Shown here: positions 27,333 through 35,938 of the stretch, piece after piece | How positions within the stretch are numbered: the first letter of the stretch is position 1 | Layout of the letters: every line of letters starts with the position of its first letter | NCBI GenBank assembly: GCA_964626705.1 | Contig: CAZVGL010000001.1 | Span: forward strand, 87,643-151,642 | Source of the DNA: an uncultured Candidatus Saccharibacteria bacterium | Lineage (GTDB): Bacteria > Patescibacteriota > Minisyncoccia > Phycocordibacterales > UBA2163 | Length of the DNA stretch: 64,000 nucleotides | Direction of reading: 5' to 3' | Made by a program: the position numbers and the translations under genes | Notes under the pieces: generated by a model | What the model saw: only the letters and a program-made list of their open reading frames with translations | Databases searched by the model: none | What the model was told of the DNA's origin: nothing

Positions 27333-27548
27333 ATGAAAATAAAAAAAGACGACAAAGTAAAAATAATCGCTGGGAAAGACAAAGGTAAAACTGGAAAGGT
27401 TTTACGTGCTATTCCTGACAATGATCAGATAATAGTGGAGGGTGTTAATATAAAAAAACGACATCAGAAGCCTACAAAAAGTAATCAGAAAGGGCAGATA
27501 GTAGACAAGACAACACCAATACATGTTTCAAATGCTAAGAAGATATAA
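27333..27548 (+). CDS. rplX: 50S ribosomal protein uL24 (short, KOW domain)
   Basis: KVKIIAGKDKGKTGKV is the KOW motif; length 71 aa. Confidence 0.9.
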   Translation: MKIKKDDKVKIIAGKDKGKTGKVLRAIPDNDQIIVEGVNIKKRHQKPTKSNQKGQIVDKTTPIHVSNAKKI

Positions 27549-27550
27549 AT

Positions 27551-28099
27551 ATGATTCATATAAAAGATAGACAAAAGAATACGTTTGATAATTTGAAAGA
27601 GACTTTCAAATATACAAATGTGATGCAGACACCAAAGATAGAAAAGGTGGTTATTTCAGCTGGTATTGGTTCTGTAAAAGATAAAAACAAAATCAAGACT
27701 ATAAAAGATAGACTCGCACGTATAACAGGGCAGAAAGAAGCAGCAAGAGCTGCAAAGAAATCTATAGCTACATTTAAGACACGAGAGGGTGACATACTAG
27801 GGTATCAGGTTACACTACGAGGTCAGAGAATGTATGACTTCTTAGATAGGCTTATTCATATCGCAATACCACGAACAAGAGACTTTAGAGGGCTCGACAT
27901 AAAAGGTATAGATGAGATGGGCAACTTCACTATGGGTATTAAAGAACACACGATCTTCCCAGAAACTTCAGATGAAGATCTAAAAGATGTGTTTGGATTT
28001 GCTATAACTTTTGTTACAACAGCTAAAAATAAAGAAGAAGCAAAAGAGTATTTCAAGAGTTTAGGTTTCCCATTTAAAAAGGAAGAAGAAAAAGCTTAA
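27551..28099 (+). CDS. rplE: 50S ribosomal protein uL5
   Basis: L5 family; length 182 aa. Confidence 0.95.
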   Translation: MIHIKDRQKNTFDNLKETFKYTNVMQTPKIEKVVISAGIGSVKDKNKIKTIKDRLARITGQKEAARAAKKSIATFKTREGDILGYQVTLRGQRMYDFLDRLIHIAIPRTRDFRGLDIKGIDEMGNFTMGIKEHTIFPETSDEDLKDVFGFAITFVTTAKNKEEAKEYFKSLGFPFKKEEEKA

Positions 28100-28109
28100 A
28101 AATCAAAAT

Positions 28110-28152
28110 AAAACAACCCCGTCGCTTGCAAGCGACGGGGTTGTTTTATTTT
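28110..28152 (+). terminator. Strong terminator after rplE; the ribosomal cluster ends here
   Basis: AAAACAACCCCGTCGCTTGCAAGCGACGGGGTTGTTTT. Confidence 0.85.
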
Positions 28153-28238
28153 GATTTTGTGGTATTCTAATCAACAGTAAATTAGCCCAATTCATTATTG
28201 TAGTATTTTTAGTCTTTGTATAATATGGAGGTGTGAAG

Positions 28239-28445
28239 ATGCAGACTACAACGAAAAAGGTTTTAGTTCATTTTGTCGAAGGAGAAATGGTAAATTGTTA
28301 CGATACATCGTGTGATGGCTGTAATGGACCGGATTGTTTTTTGAATGAGGGCCTGATTGCTGATAGCGACCTTACACGTAAAGATCCTGCATTTTGTTAT
28401 GCGGGCAATTCCGTGAATTTTTCAGAACTACTAAAGCCAGCTTAG
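28239..28445 (+). CDS. Small Cys-rich protein or peptide (68 aa) of unknown function
   Basis: The RBS GGAGG lies 7 nt before the ATG at 28239. Six Cys residues are present: NCYDTSCDGCNGPDCF...FCYAG. Confidence 0.45.
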   Translation: MQTTTKKVLVHFVEGEMVNCYDTSCDGCNGPDCFLNEGLIADSDLTRKDPAFCYAGNSVNFSELLKPA

Positions 28446-28568
28446 GTATAGGTAAAGACGTATAGATAAAATAGCCCGATTTTTCTCATTACGAGAGAGA
28501 TTGGGCTATTCTCTTATCTAACGACTTTTTGGGAATTCTGTGGTTATATAACAATATAGAATAGAAAT

Positions 28569-30884
28569 ATGAAGAGAGTTTTAATATTTTCAACATCATA
28601 TAGCCCTCTTATGGGCGGAGCGGAGGTCGCTTTAAAAGAGATAACAAATCGACTTGGATCGGAGGATTTTTGTATTACTGACACAAAGGACAGTCCTTTG
28701 TCACCACAAAGGACTGTCCTTTGTGGTGAACTTTGCTTTGACATGATTACGATGCGATATGACAAAGCTCTACCTAAGTTTGAAAGTATAGGGAATATAA
28801 ATGTACATAGAGTTTCATCTTCTAAATTATTCTTTCCATTTTTTGCATACTTTAAAGCGCTGAAGCTTCATAGGAAAAACAAATACGACATAGTATGGTC
28901 CATGATGGCAGGTAGGAACGGTTTCGCTAGTTTATTTTTCAAACTTACACATAAGAAAGTTAAATATCTTTTAACTCTACAAGAAGGAGATCGTTTAAGC
29001 TATCCAAAAGAACGTGCAGGGATTCTTTGGTTTGCAGTTGGCGGCTTGTTTAAAAAAGTTTTTACAGAAGCAGATTTTATACAGGTGATTTCTAAATACT
29101 TAGGTCAGTGGGCGCATGACATGGGGTATAGAGGTGAGATAGAGATTGTGCCAAATGGTGCAGATTTAGAAAAGTTTAAGGACGGTGACTCACAAAAAAA
29201 GAATCAAGAATTAAGAAAAGAGTTAGGGATTGGAGAAAATGAAAAAGTGATCATTACAACTTCAAGGCTTGTAGAGAAAAATGCTATCAATGACATTATA
29301 CGGACTCTTACATTTTTGCCTGATAATTATAAATTACTAATAGCTGGTAGGGGGGATCTTTTCTATGAACTTAGAAAACTTACAGATGATCTACAGCTTA
29401 CAAAAAGAGTGTTATTTCTTGGAAATATAGAACATGAGCAATTACCTCAATATTTGCACATTTCTGATGTATTTGTACGCCCATCGCTCTCTGAGGGACT
29501 TGGGATCTCGTTTATTGAGGCTATGGCGGCTTCTGTGCCTGTTATAGCGACCGAAGTAGGCGGAATCACCGATTTCCTTAAAAATGGCAAAACAGGGCTA
29601 TTTTGCGGTATCCATGACCCAAGAGGAATATCTGAGAAAATAGAGCTTTTGATGAAAGATAATACGTTACGTGAGGGTCTTATCAAGAATGCTTTAGAGA
29701 TGGTAGAGAAAACTTATGACTGGAACTTGATAGTAAAAGACATGAAAGAAAAAGTTTTTGATAAGTTTGAAGTAAGAAGAAGTGTTTTAATTACTACAGG
29801 AATATTCCCCCCAGATATCGGTGGGCCTGCTACGTATTCCAAATTGCTTTTAGATAAATTACCAAAACATGAGCTTGATGTAAAAGTGTTAAGTTTTGGT
29901 GAAGTAAGGCACATGCCGAAAATAATTCGGCATGTCGTTTACTTTTTTAAAATTTTAAACAGAAGTAGGGGTGTTGATATTATTTATGCACAAGATCCTG
30001 TAAGTGTAGGTTTTCCGTCTGCTGCTGCATCTTACGTTTTACGAAAGAAGTTTTTACTGAAAGTTGTAGGTGATTATGCATGGGAGCAGTTTAGTGTTGA
30101 AAATAATAATTTTATAACCCCAGAAGAATTTCAGAATGGAAAATATGATTTGAAAACAGAAGTAAGAAGAAAGATTGAACGATGGGTAGGAAATATTGCA
30201 AATAGAATAATCGTACCAAGTAAATACCTCAAAAAAATAGTCTCAATGTGGGAAGTGAAAGAGGAGAAGATACAAGTAATCCATAATGGTATCGTTTTGA
30301 ATAAAGATTATGGAGATAAAGAGACGTTAAGAAAGCTCCTGCAGTTTGAAGGGAATCTTATAATAACAACAGGGAGGCTTGTACCATGGAAAGGTTTTGA
30401 TACATTGATAAAAATCTTCCCAGAGATAAAAAAGAAATTTAAAGATGCTAAACTTATAATAGTTGGTTCTGGTCCACAAATGAATCATTTACAAAAACTT
30501 ATCGATGAAAAAGGCCTTGATGAAGATATAGCTCTAACTGGAAAGCTAGATAATGATTTAGTTATGCGATATAAAAAAGTTTCAGATGTGTTTGTATTAA
30601 ATACAGCTTATGAAGGTATGTCACATCATATACTGGAGGTTATGAATGTTGGTATACCCATAGTTACGACAAATGTTGGTGGTAATCCAGAACTTATTGA
30701 AAACGGAAAAACTGGTTTACTTACTGAGTATAATAATGAAAAAGAATTAGAAAAAGCTATTATAAGGTTATTAGATGATAAAGATTATGGTAACAGGCTT
30801 GCAGGAGAAGCTAAGAAAAAGGTGCAGGAGTTTAGTGAAGAAAGAATGATGGAAGAAACAGCTAATATGTTAAAAACAATATGA
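28569..30884 (+). CDS. Tandem double GT4-family glycosyltransferase (two GT-B modules, 771 aa)
   Basis: There are two EX7E-type GT1/GT4 C-terminal motifs (..SEGLGISFIEAMAASVPVIATEVGG.. and ..EGMSHHILEVMNVGIPIVTTNVGG..). A 42-bp in-frame double palindrome lies at 28683-28724. Confidence 0.8.
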   Translation: MKRVLIFSTSYSPLMGGAEVALKEITNRLGSEDFCITDTKDSPLSPQRTVLCGELCFDMITMRYDKALPKFESIGNINVHRVSSSKLFFPFFAYFKALKLHRKNKYDIVWSMMAGRNGFASLFFKLTHKKVKYLLTLQEGDRLSYPKERAGILWFAVGGLFKKVFTEADFIQVISKYLGQWAHDMGYRGEIEIVPNGADLEKFKDGDSQKKNQELRKELGIGENEKVIITTSRLVEKNAINDIIRTLTFLPDNYKLLIAGRGDLFYELRKLTDDLQLTKRVLFLGNIEHEQLPQYLHISDVFVRPSLSEGLGISFIEAMAASVPVIATEVGGITDFLKNGKTGLFCGIHDPRGISEKIELLMKDNTLREGLIKNALEMVEKTYDWNLIVKDMKEKVFDKFEVRRSVLITTGIFPPDIGGPATYSKLLLDKLPKHELDVKVLSFGEVRHMPKIIRHVVYFFKILNRSRGVDIIYAQDPVSVGFPSAAASYVLRKKFLLKVVGDYAWEQFSVENNNFITPEEFQNGKYDLKTEVRRKIERWVGNIANRIIVPSKYLKKIVSMWEVKEEKIQVIHNGIVLNKDYGDKETLRKLLQFEGNLIITTGRLVPWKGFDTLIKIFPEIKKKFKDAKLIIVGSGPQMNHLQKLIDEKGLDEDIALTGKLDNDLVMRYKKVSDVFVLNTAYEGMSHHILEVMNVGIPIVTTNVGGNPELIENGKTGLLTEYNNEKELEKAIIRLLDDKDYGNRLAGEAKKKVQEFSEERMMEETANMLKTI
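28683..28724. repeat. Two copies of the 19-bp palindrome ACAAAGGAC(A/T)GTCCTTTGT separated by CACC, in frame within the glycosyltransferase gene
   Basis: The sequence is a perfect inverted repeat with no stop codon in any frame. It encodes TKDSPLSPQRTVLC. Confidence 0.9.
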
Positions 30885-31963
30885 GAGTTTTAATGCTCAG
30901 CATAGACAAAAAAATATTTGAAGAAGAGTCTGATGCAAGAGCTCGTATGATAGAGTACGGGGAGCTTTTTGATGAGCTGCATATAGTCGTACATACGAAA
31001 AAAGGGTTTGATAATTCGCAAATATCTTCAAATGTATTTTTGTATCCAACAAACACTATGTCGAAGTTTTTTTATTTTTCTGGTGCATATAAGATATGTA
31101 AAAAGGTTATCGAAAATAATTCCATTGATATAATCACATCTCAAGACGCTTTTACGAACTTAGTTGCAGTTAGGCTAAAAAAGAAATTTAAAAATATTAA
31201 ACTTCAAGTACAAATACATACAGACTTTTTATCTAGAAAGTTTAGAAAAGAATCTATGAAGAATTTTTTTAGATACAAAGGTTATGTTAAGGGTATTAAA
31301 AGTGCAGATTACATTCGTGTAGTGTCAGAGAGTATGAAAAATAAGATAATAAGTAAGTTTGGTATAGAAACTTCAAAGATTGCTGCGCTCCCAATATTTG
31401 TAGACATAGAAAAAATAAAAAATACTACTATTACAGTAGATCTACATAAAAAGTATCCGCAGTTTGAGAAAATCATTCTGATGGCGTCTAGATTAGAGAA
31501 AGAAAAGAACATACAACTTGCAATATCTGCTATGGAAGATGTGGTAGAAAAATATCCAGAAACAGGACTTGTGATAGTTGGAAGTGGAAGTGAGTTAAAA
31601 AATTTAAAGTCTCGAGTATTAAACCTCAAATTACAAGACAATGTAATATTTGAAAGATGGCAAGATAAAGAAATAATTTATTCATATTACAAAACTACAG
31701 ACCTCTTTTTGATAACTTCAGATTATGAAGGGTATGGCCTAACTATAGTAGAAGCATTGGCTTCAAACTTGCCTGTACTTTCTACAGACGTGGGTGTGGC
31801 ACGAGAAGCTGGGGCATATATCACAGAGCGTGACAATTTGGCTCAGAATATAGTTAAATATATTGAAAGCAACCAAAAAACAGTAGAATTAACTAATTAT
31901 CCGTATAAAAACAAGCAAGAATATCTAGATAAATTTAAGCAATCCTTCATATGCGCCTTCTAA
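30881..31963 (+). CDS. GT4-family glycosyltransferase
   Basis: The C-terminal DLFLITSDYEGYGLTIVEALASNLPVLSTDVG is a GT-B motif. Confidence 0.75.
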   Translation: MRVLMLSIDKKIFEEESDARARMIEYGELFDELHIVVHTKKGFDNSQISSNVFLYPTNTMSKFFYFSGAYKICKKVIENNSIDIITSQDAFTNLVAVRLKKKFKNIKLQVQIHTDFLSRKFRKESMKNFFRYKGYVKGIKSADYIRVVSESMKNKIISKFGIETSKIAALPIFVDIEKIKNTTITVDLHKKYPQFEKIILMASRLEKEKNIQLAISAMEDVVEKYPETGLVIVGSGSELKNLKSRVLNLKLQDNVIFERWQDKEIIYSYYKTTDLFLITSDYEGYGLTIVEALASNLPVLSTDVGVAREAGAYITERDNLAQNIVKYIESNQKTVELTNYPYKNKQEYLDKFKQSFICAF

Positions 31964-32997
31964 TAGTTACACAAAAAGTAGACAAGAATGATGATAATCT
32001 TGGTTTTTTTCACCGATGGATTTTAGAGTTTGCAAAGCATTACGAGTTTATAACGATCATTGCACTTGGAGTTGGTGAGTACGATTTACCAGATAATGTT
32101 AAAGTTCTTTCTCTTGGTAAAGAGAGAGGTGCATCAAAGATAGAATATCTTATTAATTTCTATAAATACATCTGGAGTGAGCATAAAAACTACGACGCAG
32201 TATTTGTACATATGAATCCGATCTATGTAGTATTAGGCGGGCTGTTATGGAAGTCTTGGAAGAAAAAGGTAGGACTTTGGTATACGCATAAATCAGTTGA
32301 TACAAAACTTCGTATTGCAGAAGGCTGGGTGGACTATATTTTTACCGCGTCTGATAAAAGTTTTCGTATGCGAAGTAAAAAGCTGCATATAATGGGGCAT
32401 GGGATAGATGCAGACGAATTTAAAGTAAACAAAGGACTGTCCTTTGTCGCTACAAAAGACAGTCCTTTGTTAATATCTAACAAAATAAATATTTTACATA
32501 TTGGACGTATTTCTCGTTCCAAAAATATACATTTATTTGTTAAGTTTGCTGAAATACTAAAAAACAAAGGAGTAAAGTTTCAGATAAATATCGTTGGTGG
32601 TGCAATAACAAAAGAAGATAAAGGATATTTGGAAATATTACAGAAAAATATTTTAAATAAAGAGCTGGCAGAATATTTTAATTTTCTTGGACCTATGGCG
32701 CCACATGAAAGAAGTTTTCGTTTTATAGAAAATGATATTTTTATAAACCTAAGCGATACAGGAAGTATGGATAAGACGGTGCTTGAAGCAATGCTTTCTG
32801 GAATACAAGTCTTGGTGTCAAATGAAGCATTCATGAATATCTTGCCAAGTGAAAACAAAACAACAAAAGATCCAGAAAGGATCGCGAAAGATATACAGCG
32901 GATTATAGGTGTTACACCGAACCCATCTCTGCGAGGATATGTATTAAAAGAACATAATCTTAGTAATTTAATATTAGCAATAGTTAAAACATATTAA
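31951..32997 (+). CDS. GT4-like glycosyltransferase
   Basis: The C-terminal GSMDKTVLEAMLSGIQVLVSNE motif is present. A 42-bp double palindrome lies at 32438-32479. Confidence 0.65.
   Translation: MRLLIVTQKVDKNDDNLGFFHRWILEFAKHYEFITIIALGVGEYDLPDNVKVLSLGKERGASKIEYLINFYKYIWSEHKNYDAVFVHMNPIYVVLGGLLWKSWKKKVGLWYTHKSVDTKLRIAEGWVDYIFTASDKSFRMRSKKLHIMGHGIDADEFKVNKGLSFVATKDSPLLISNKINILHIGRISRSKNIHLFVKFAEILKNKGVKFQINIVGGAITKEDKGYLEILQKNILNKELAEYFNFLGPMAPHERSFRFIENDIFINLSDTGSMDKTVLEAMLSGIQVLVSNEAFMNILPSENKTTKDPERIAKDIQRIIGVTPNPSLRGYVLKEHNLSNLILAIVKTY
32438..32479. repeat. Two copies of the same palindrome family (ACAAAGGACTGTCCTTTGT, CGCT, ACAAAAGACAGTCCTTTGT), in frame within the glycosyltransferase gene
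   Basis: It encodes NKGLSFVATKDSPL. The second copy has one mismatch. Confidence 0.9.
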
Positions 32998-33016
32998 CTT
33001 TGGTATATTTAACATC

Positions 33017-34120
33017 ATGAAAATAGGTATTATAGTCGAGCCATATGAAGAGCAAAATACGTCAGGTATTTCGTATTCTATTTTAAGTCAAACAAAAGGT
33101 CTTTTAGAGTTGGATCATGAAAATGAGTATATTATATATACATCAAAACCGTTTAAGAAAGAGCGTCTTAGTGGGAATGCAAGGAATATACTTGTTCCAA
33201 AGTCGTTTCTCGGAAAGAATCTTTGGTTCTTAAAAAACAGCTTTTTCAACAAATCTGTTGTACCTGATGTGCTTATCTTTAACATGCCACTTTTGCCACT
33301 CGTGTTACCAAAGAGCATTAAGACAGTGCCGATATTTCTTGAGCTTGTTTATAAGGCGCCAAAGGGTTTGAGTTTGAAAAGAAAGATCCTGATGGTAATA
33401 CAAAAATCTTTCGTTGCATCTGCAATAAAAAGAGCAATATTTATAGTTACACCATCAAATGCTACAAGAAACGACCTGTTAAGTTATTATAGAGGTGTAG
33501 ATGAAAATAAAGTTAAGAATATTTATATAGGCTTTCATACTCTTGATGGGTATGATGATGAATCTCGGCTCGATGAATTAAAAGACCCATACTTTTTGTT
33601 TATAGGTAGAGTAAAGTTTAAGAAAAATGTACACAATATGATCGAAGGTTTTATAATCTTCAAGGGTAAATACAAAACAGATCATAAATTTTATTTGGCA
33701 GGACTTTCAGATGGTAAATACAAAAAAGACCTTGAAGAAAGAGCGAAAAAGAGTGGTATAGAGAAAGATCTCATTTTTGGAGGGTTTGTATCAGATAGTG
33801 ATAAGTATCGTTTATATAAAAATACCGATGCATTAGTTTTCTCTACACTAAAAGAAGGGTTTGGTATGCCTGTAATTGAGGCAATGAGCCTGGGTGCACC
33901 TGTTATCACATCTAACAGGCCACCGCTAAATGAGATATCAAACAATGCTGCAATGTTGGTTGATCCAGAGAATCCAGAAGATATTGCAAAAGCAATGAGT
34001 GAGATAGTTATGAATAATGATTTACGAGAAGAGCTTATAAAAAGAGGAAAAGAAAATGCGAAACTATTTTCTTGGGAAAAGCATGCAGAGGGACTATTTA
34101 ATATAATTAAATCTATTTAA
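33017..34120 (+). CDS. GT4-family glycosyltransferase
   Basis: KEGFGMPVIEAMSLGAPVITSNRPPLNEI. Confidence 0.78.
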   Translation: MKIGIIVEPYEEQNTSGISYSILSQTKGLLELDHENEYIIYTSKPFKKERLSGNARNILVPKSFLGKNLWFLKNSFFNKSVVPDVLIFNMPLLPLVLPKSIKTVPIFLELVYKAPKGLSLKRKILMVIQKSFVASAIKRAIFIVTPSNATRNDLLSYYRGVDENKVKNIYIGFHTLDGYDDESRLDELKDPYFLFIGRVKFKKNVHNMIEGFIIFKGKYKTDHKFYLAGLSDGKYKKDLEERAKKSGIEKDLIFGGFVSDSDKYRLYKNTDALVFSTLKEGFGMPVIEAMSLGAPVITSNRPPLNEISNNAAMLVDPENPEDIAKAMSEIVMNNDLREELIKRGKENAKLFSWEKHAEGLFNIIKSI

Positions 34121-34121
34121 T

Positions 34122-34727
34122 ATGAAAAAAGAATCTTGGACAGAAAAAATATATACACGAAATGGTATTAAGAGAGACGACATACTCTCTGGTTTAAAAG
34201 TTATTGATATAGGGTGTGGACATCATAAGTTTCCACAGTCGACAGGTATAGATGTCGTAAAAGAGTCTGGAGCGGATATCATACATAATGCAGAAGATAC
34301 GCCATGGCCTATTGAGGATAATTCATATGATCTAGTTTTTACTAATCACTTTCTTGAACATTTAGATAATCAGTTAGAGTTTTTTGAAGAAGTAACCCGC
34401 ATCTTAAAGCCAGGGGGTAGGATTATTGTACAAGTGCCGTACTTTCGTCATATAGATGCATATACCGACATCACACATAAGCGATTCTTTACATCACGTA
34501 CTTTGGATTACTTTTTGGTTGAATCTAAGCGTTCCGGATATCATTACAGTAAGTCTCTTTTCACAAAAATAGGGTTCTGGCATGGTTGGCCGTCCAGATC
34601 AAACAATCCTTTGGTGCGTCTTTTTAAATGGTTTATTATGCGACACTATCGTTTCTATGATCAATATTTGTCACTTTTATTGCCTGTACCGTGTTTAACT
34701 TGGGAGTTAGAGGTTATAAAGAATTAG
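34122..34727 (+). CDS. Class I SAM-dependent methyltransferase
   Basis: Motif I VIDIGCGHH and post-I LKPGGRIIVQVP. Confidence 0.75.
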   Translation: MKKESWTEKIYTRNGIKRDDILSGLKVIDIGCGHHKFPQSTGIDVVKESGADIIHNAEDTPWPIEDNSYDLVFTNHFLEHLDNQLEFFEEVTRILKPGGRIIVQVPYFRHIDAYTDITHKRFFTSRTLDYFLVESKRSGYHYSKSLFTKIGFWHGWPSRSNNPLVRLFKWFIMRHYRFYDQYLSLLLPVPCLTWELEVIKN

Positions 34728-34732
34728 CTATT

Positions 34733-35824
34733 ATGAGTGACGATCAAAAAAGAAAAATATTATCTATATATGTTCCAAAACATTTAGTTAAAAAAGGATT
34801 ACGTTACTCGACACTCCTATATCCTTTTTGGGGTGTATGGCAAAAAGCTGAATCACATATTCAGACTGCGATGTTTAAGCAAAACAATTTTGATCCGAGC
34901 TATTATTCAATAGTGGAAGACCCTACCGTGGCTGATTATGTTTTTATGCCACATAATTATTGGACTCTTTTAAAAAAACACCCTGAGCTTATACAAGAGT
35001 ATGTAAAAGAGGCAAAGAAGTATGATAAGCCACTTCTAATAGATGCAATAGGGGATAAGATGGATATCATTAATATATCAAACTCTGTTGTATTGCGTTA
35101 TGCATATTATAAAAGTAAGTTAAAAGAAAGTGATGTTATAGTCCCTGTTTTTACTGAGGATTTGCTAGCTTCATATAAAGAAGGAAAGCTTGCAATACGA
35201 GATAAGAGAGAGCGTCCAAGTGTTGGTTTTACTGGTTGGGCATCACTGCCTTTCTTTAAATATCCAAAGACTCATATAAAAGATTTACCGTTATTTATTT
35301 TGAGTTTTTTTACTTCGAAGTTTAACATGTACAGAAAAGGAGTTATCTTACGTAGTAGAGCTTTAAAGATACTTGAATCATCAAAAAGTATTGATACAAA
35401 TTTTATTTACAGAAATTCATTTTCTGGAAATACTGCAACAGCGCAGAAAGATATAGTTACTTTACGTAAAGAGTTTGTTGATAATATTTTTGATTCTGAT
35501 TACACCCTTTGTATAAGAGGGGACGCAAACCAATCAACCAGGTTTTTTGAGACGCTAAATTTAGGACGAATACCGTTTTTTGTTGATACAGATATTGTGT
35601 TGCCATTAGAGAACATAATTAATTACAAAGAGTTTTGTATATACATGGACTATCGTGATATAAAAAGCGTTACTAAAGTTTTAACTGATTTTCACAGATC
35701 TGTATCCTTCGAGAAGTTTAAAGATATGCAAATAAAGGCTAGAGAAACTTATGACAAATACCTCCGAATGGACGTATATACTAAATATTTAATGGAAGAA
35801 CTAAAAGAAAAAGTAAGGTCTTAA
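34733..35824 (+). CDS. Exostosin (GT47)-like glycosyltransferase
   Basis: The C-terminal TLCIRGDANQSTRFFETLNLGRIPFFVDTDIVLPLE matches the exostosin signature C-x-RG..S.R..E.L..G.IPV...D...LPF. The start is uncertain: the ORF track begins at 34691, overlapping the upstream gene, and I chose the Met at 34733. Confidence 0.5.
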   Translation: MSDDQKRKILSIYVPKHLVKKGLRYSTLLYPFWGVWQKAESHIQTAMFKQNNFDPSYYSIVEDPTVADYVFMPHNYWTLLKKHPELIQEYVKEAKKYDKPLLIDAIGDKMDIINISNSVVLRYAYYKSKLKESDVIVPVFTEDLLASYKEGKLAIRDKRERPSVGFTGWASLPFFKYPKTHIKDLPLFILSFFTSKFNMYRKGVILRSRALKILESSKSIDTNFIYRNSFSGNTATAQKDIVTLRKEFVDNIFDSDYTLCIRGDANQSTRFFETLNLGRIPFFVDTDIVLPLENIINYKEFCIYMDYRDIKSVTKVLTDFHRSVSFEKFKDMQIKARETYDKYLRMDVYTKYLMEELKEKVRS

Positions 35825-35938
35825 TATTGTTGACTTTTACTCAAAAACCTTTAATCTAAAGCACAGAATTACGTAATAGTACGTAATCGAAAATATAGGT
35901 CTTTTTATCATTATATAAAGAAAGGAGAAGGGGGAATT

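Noticed and set aside
28446-28568. Hairpin AATAGCCCGA...TTGGGCTATT after the Cys-rich peptide gene, considered as a terminator
   Set aside because: Its 21-nt loop and lack of a T-run make it only weakly terminator-like, so I did not list it as a feature.
34691-34732. Upstream start for the GT47-like gene (MFNLGVRGYKELAI...)
   Set aside because: It overlaps the 3' end of the preceding methyltransferase by 37 nt and has no RBS. I used the Met at 34733 but flagged the uncertainty.
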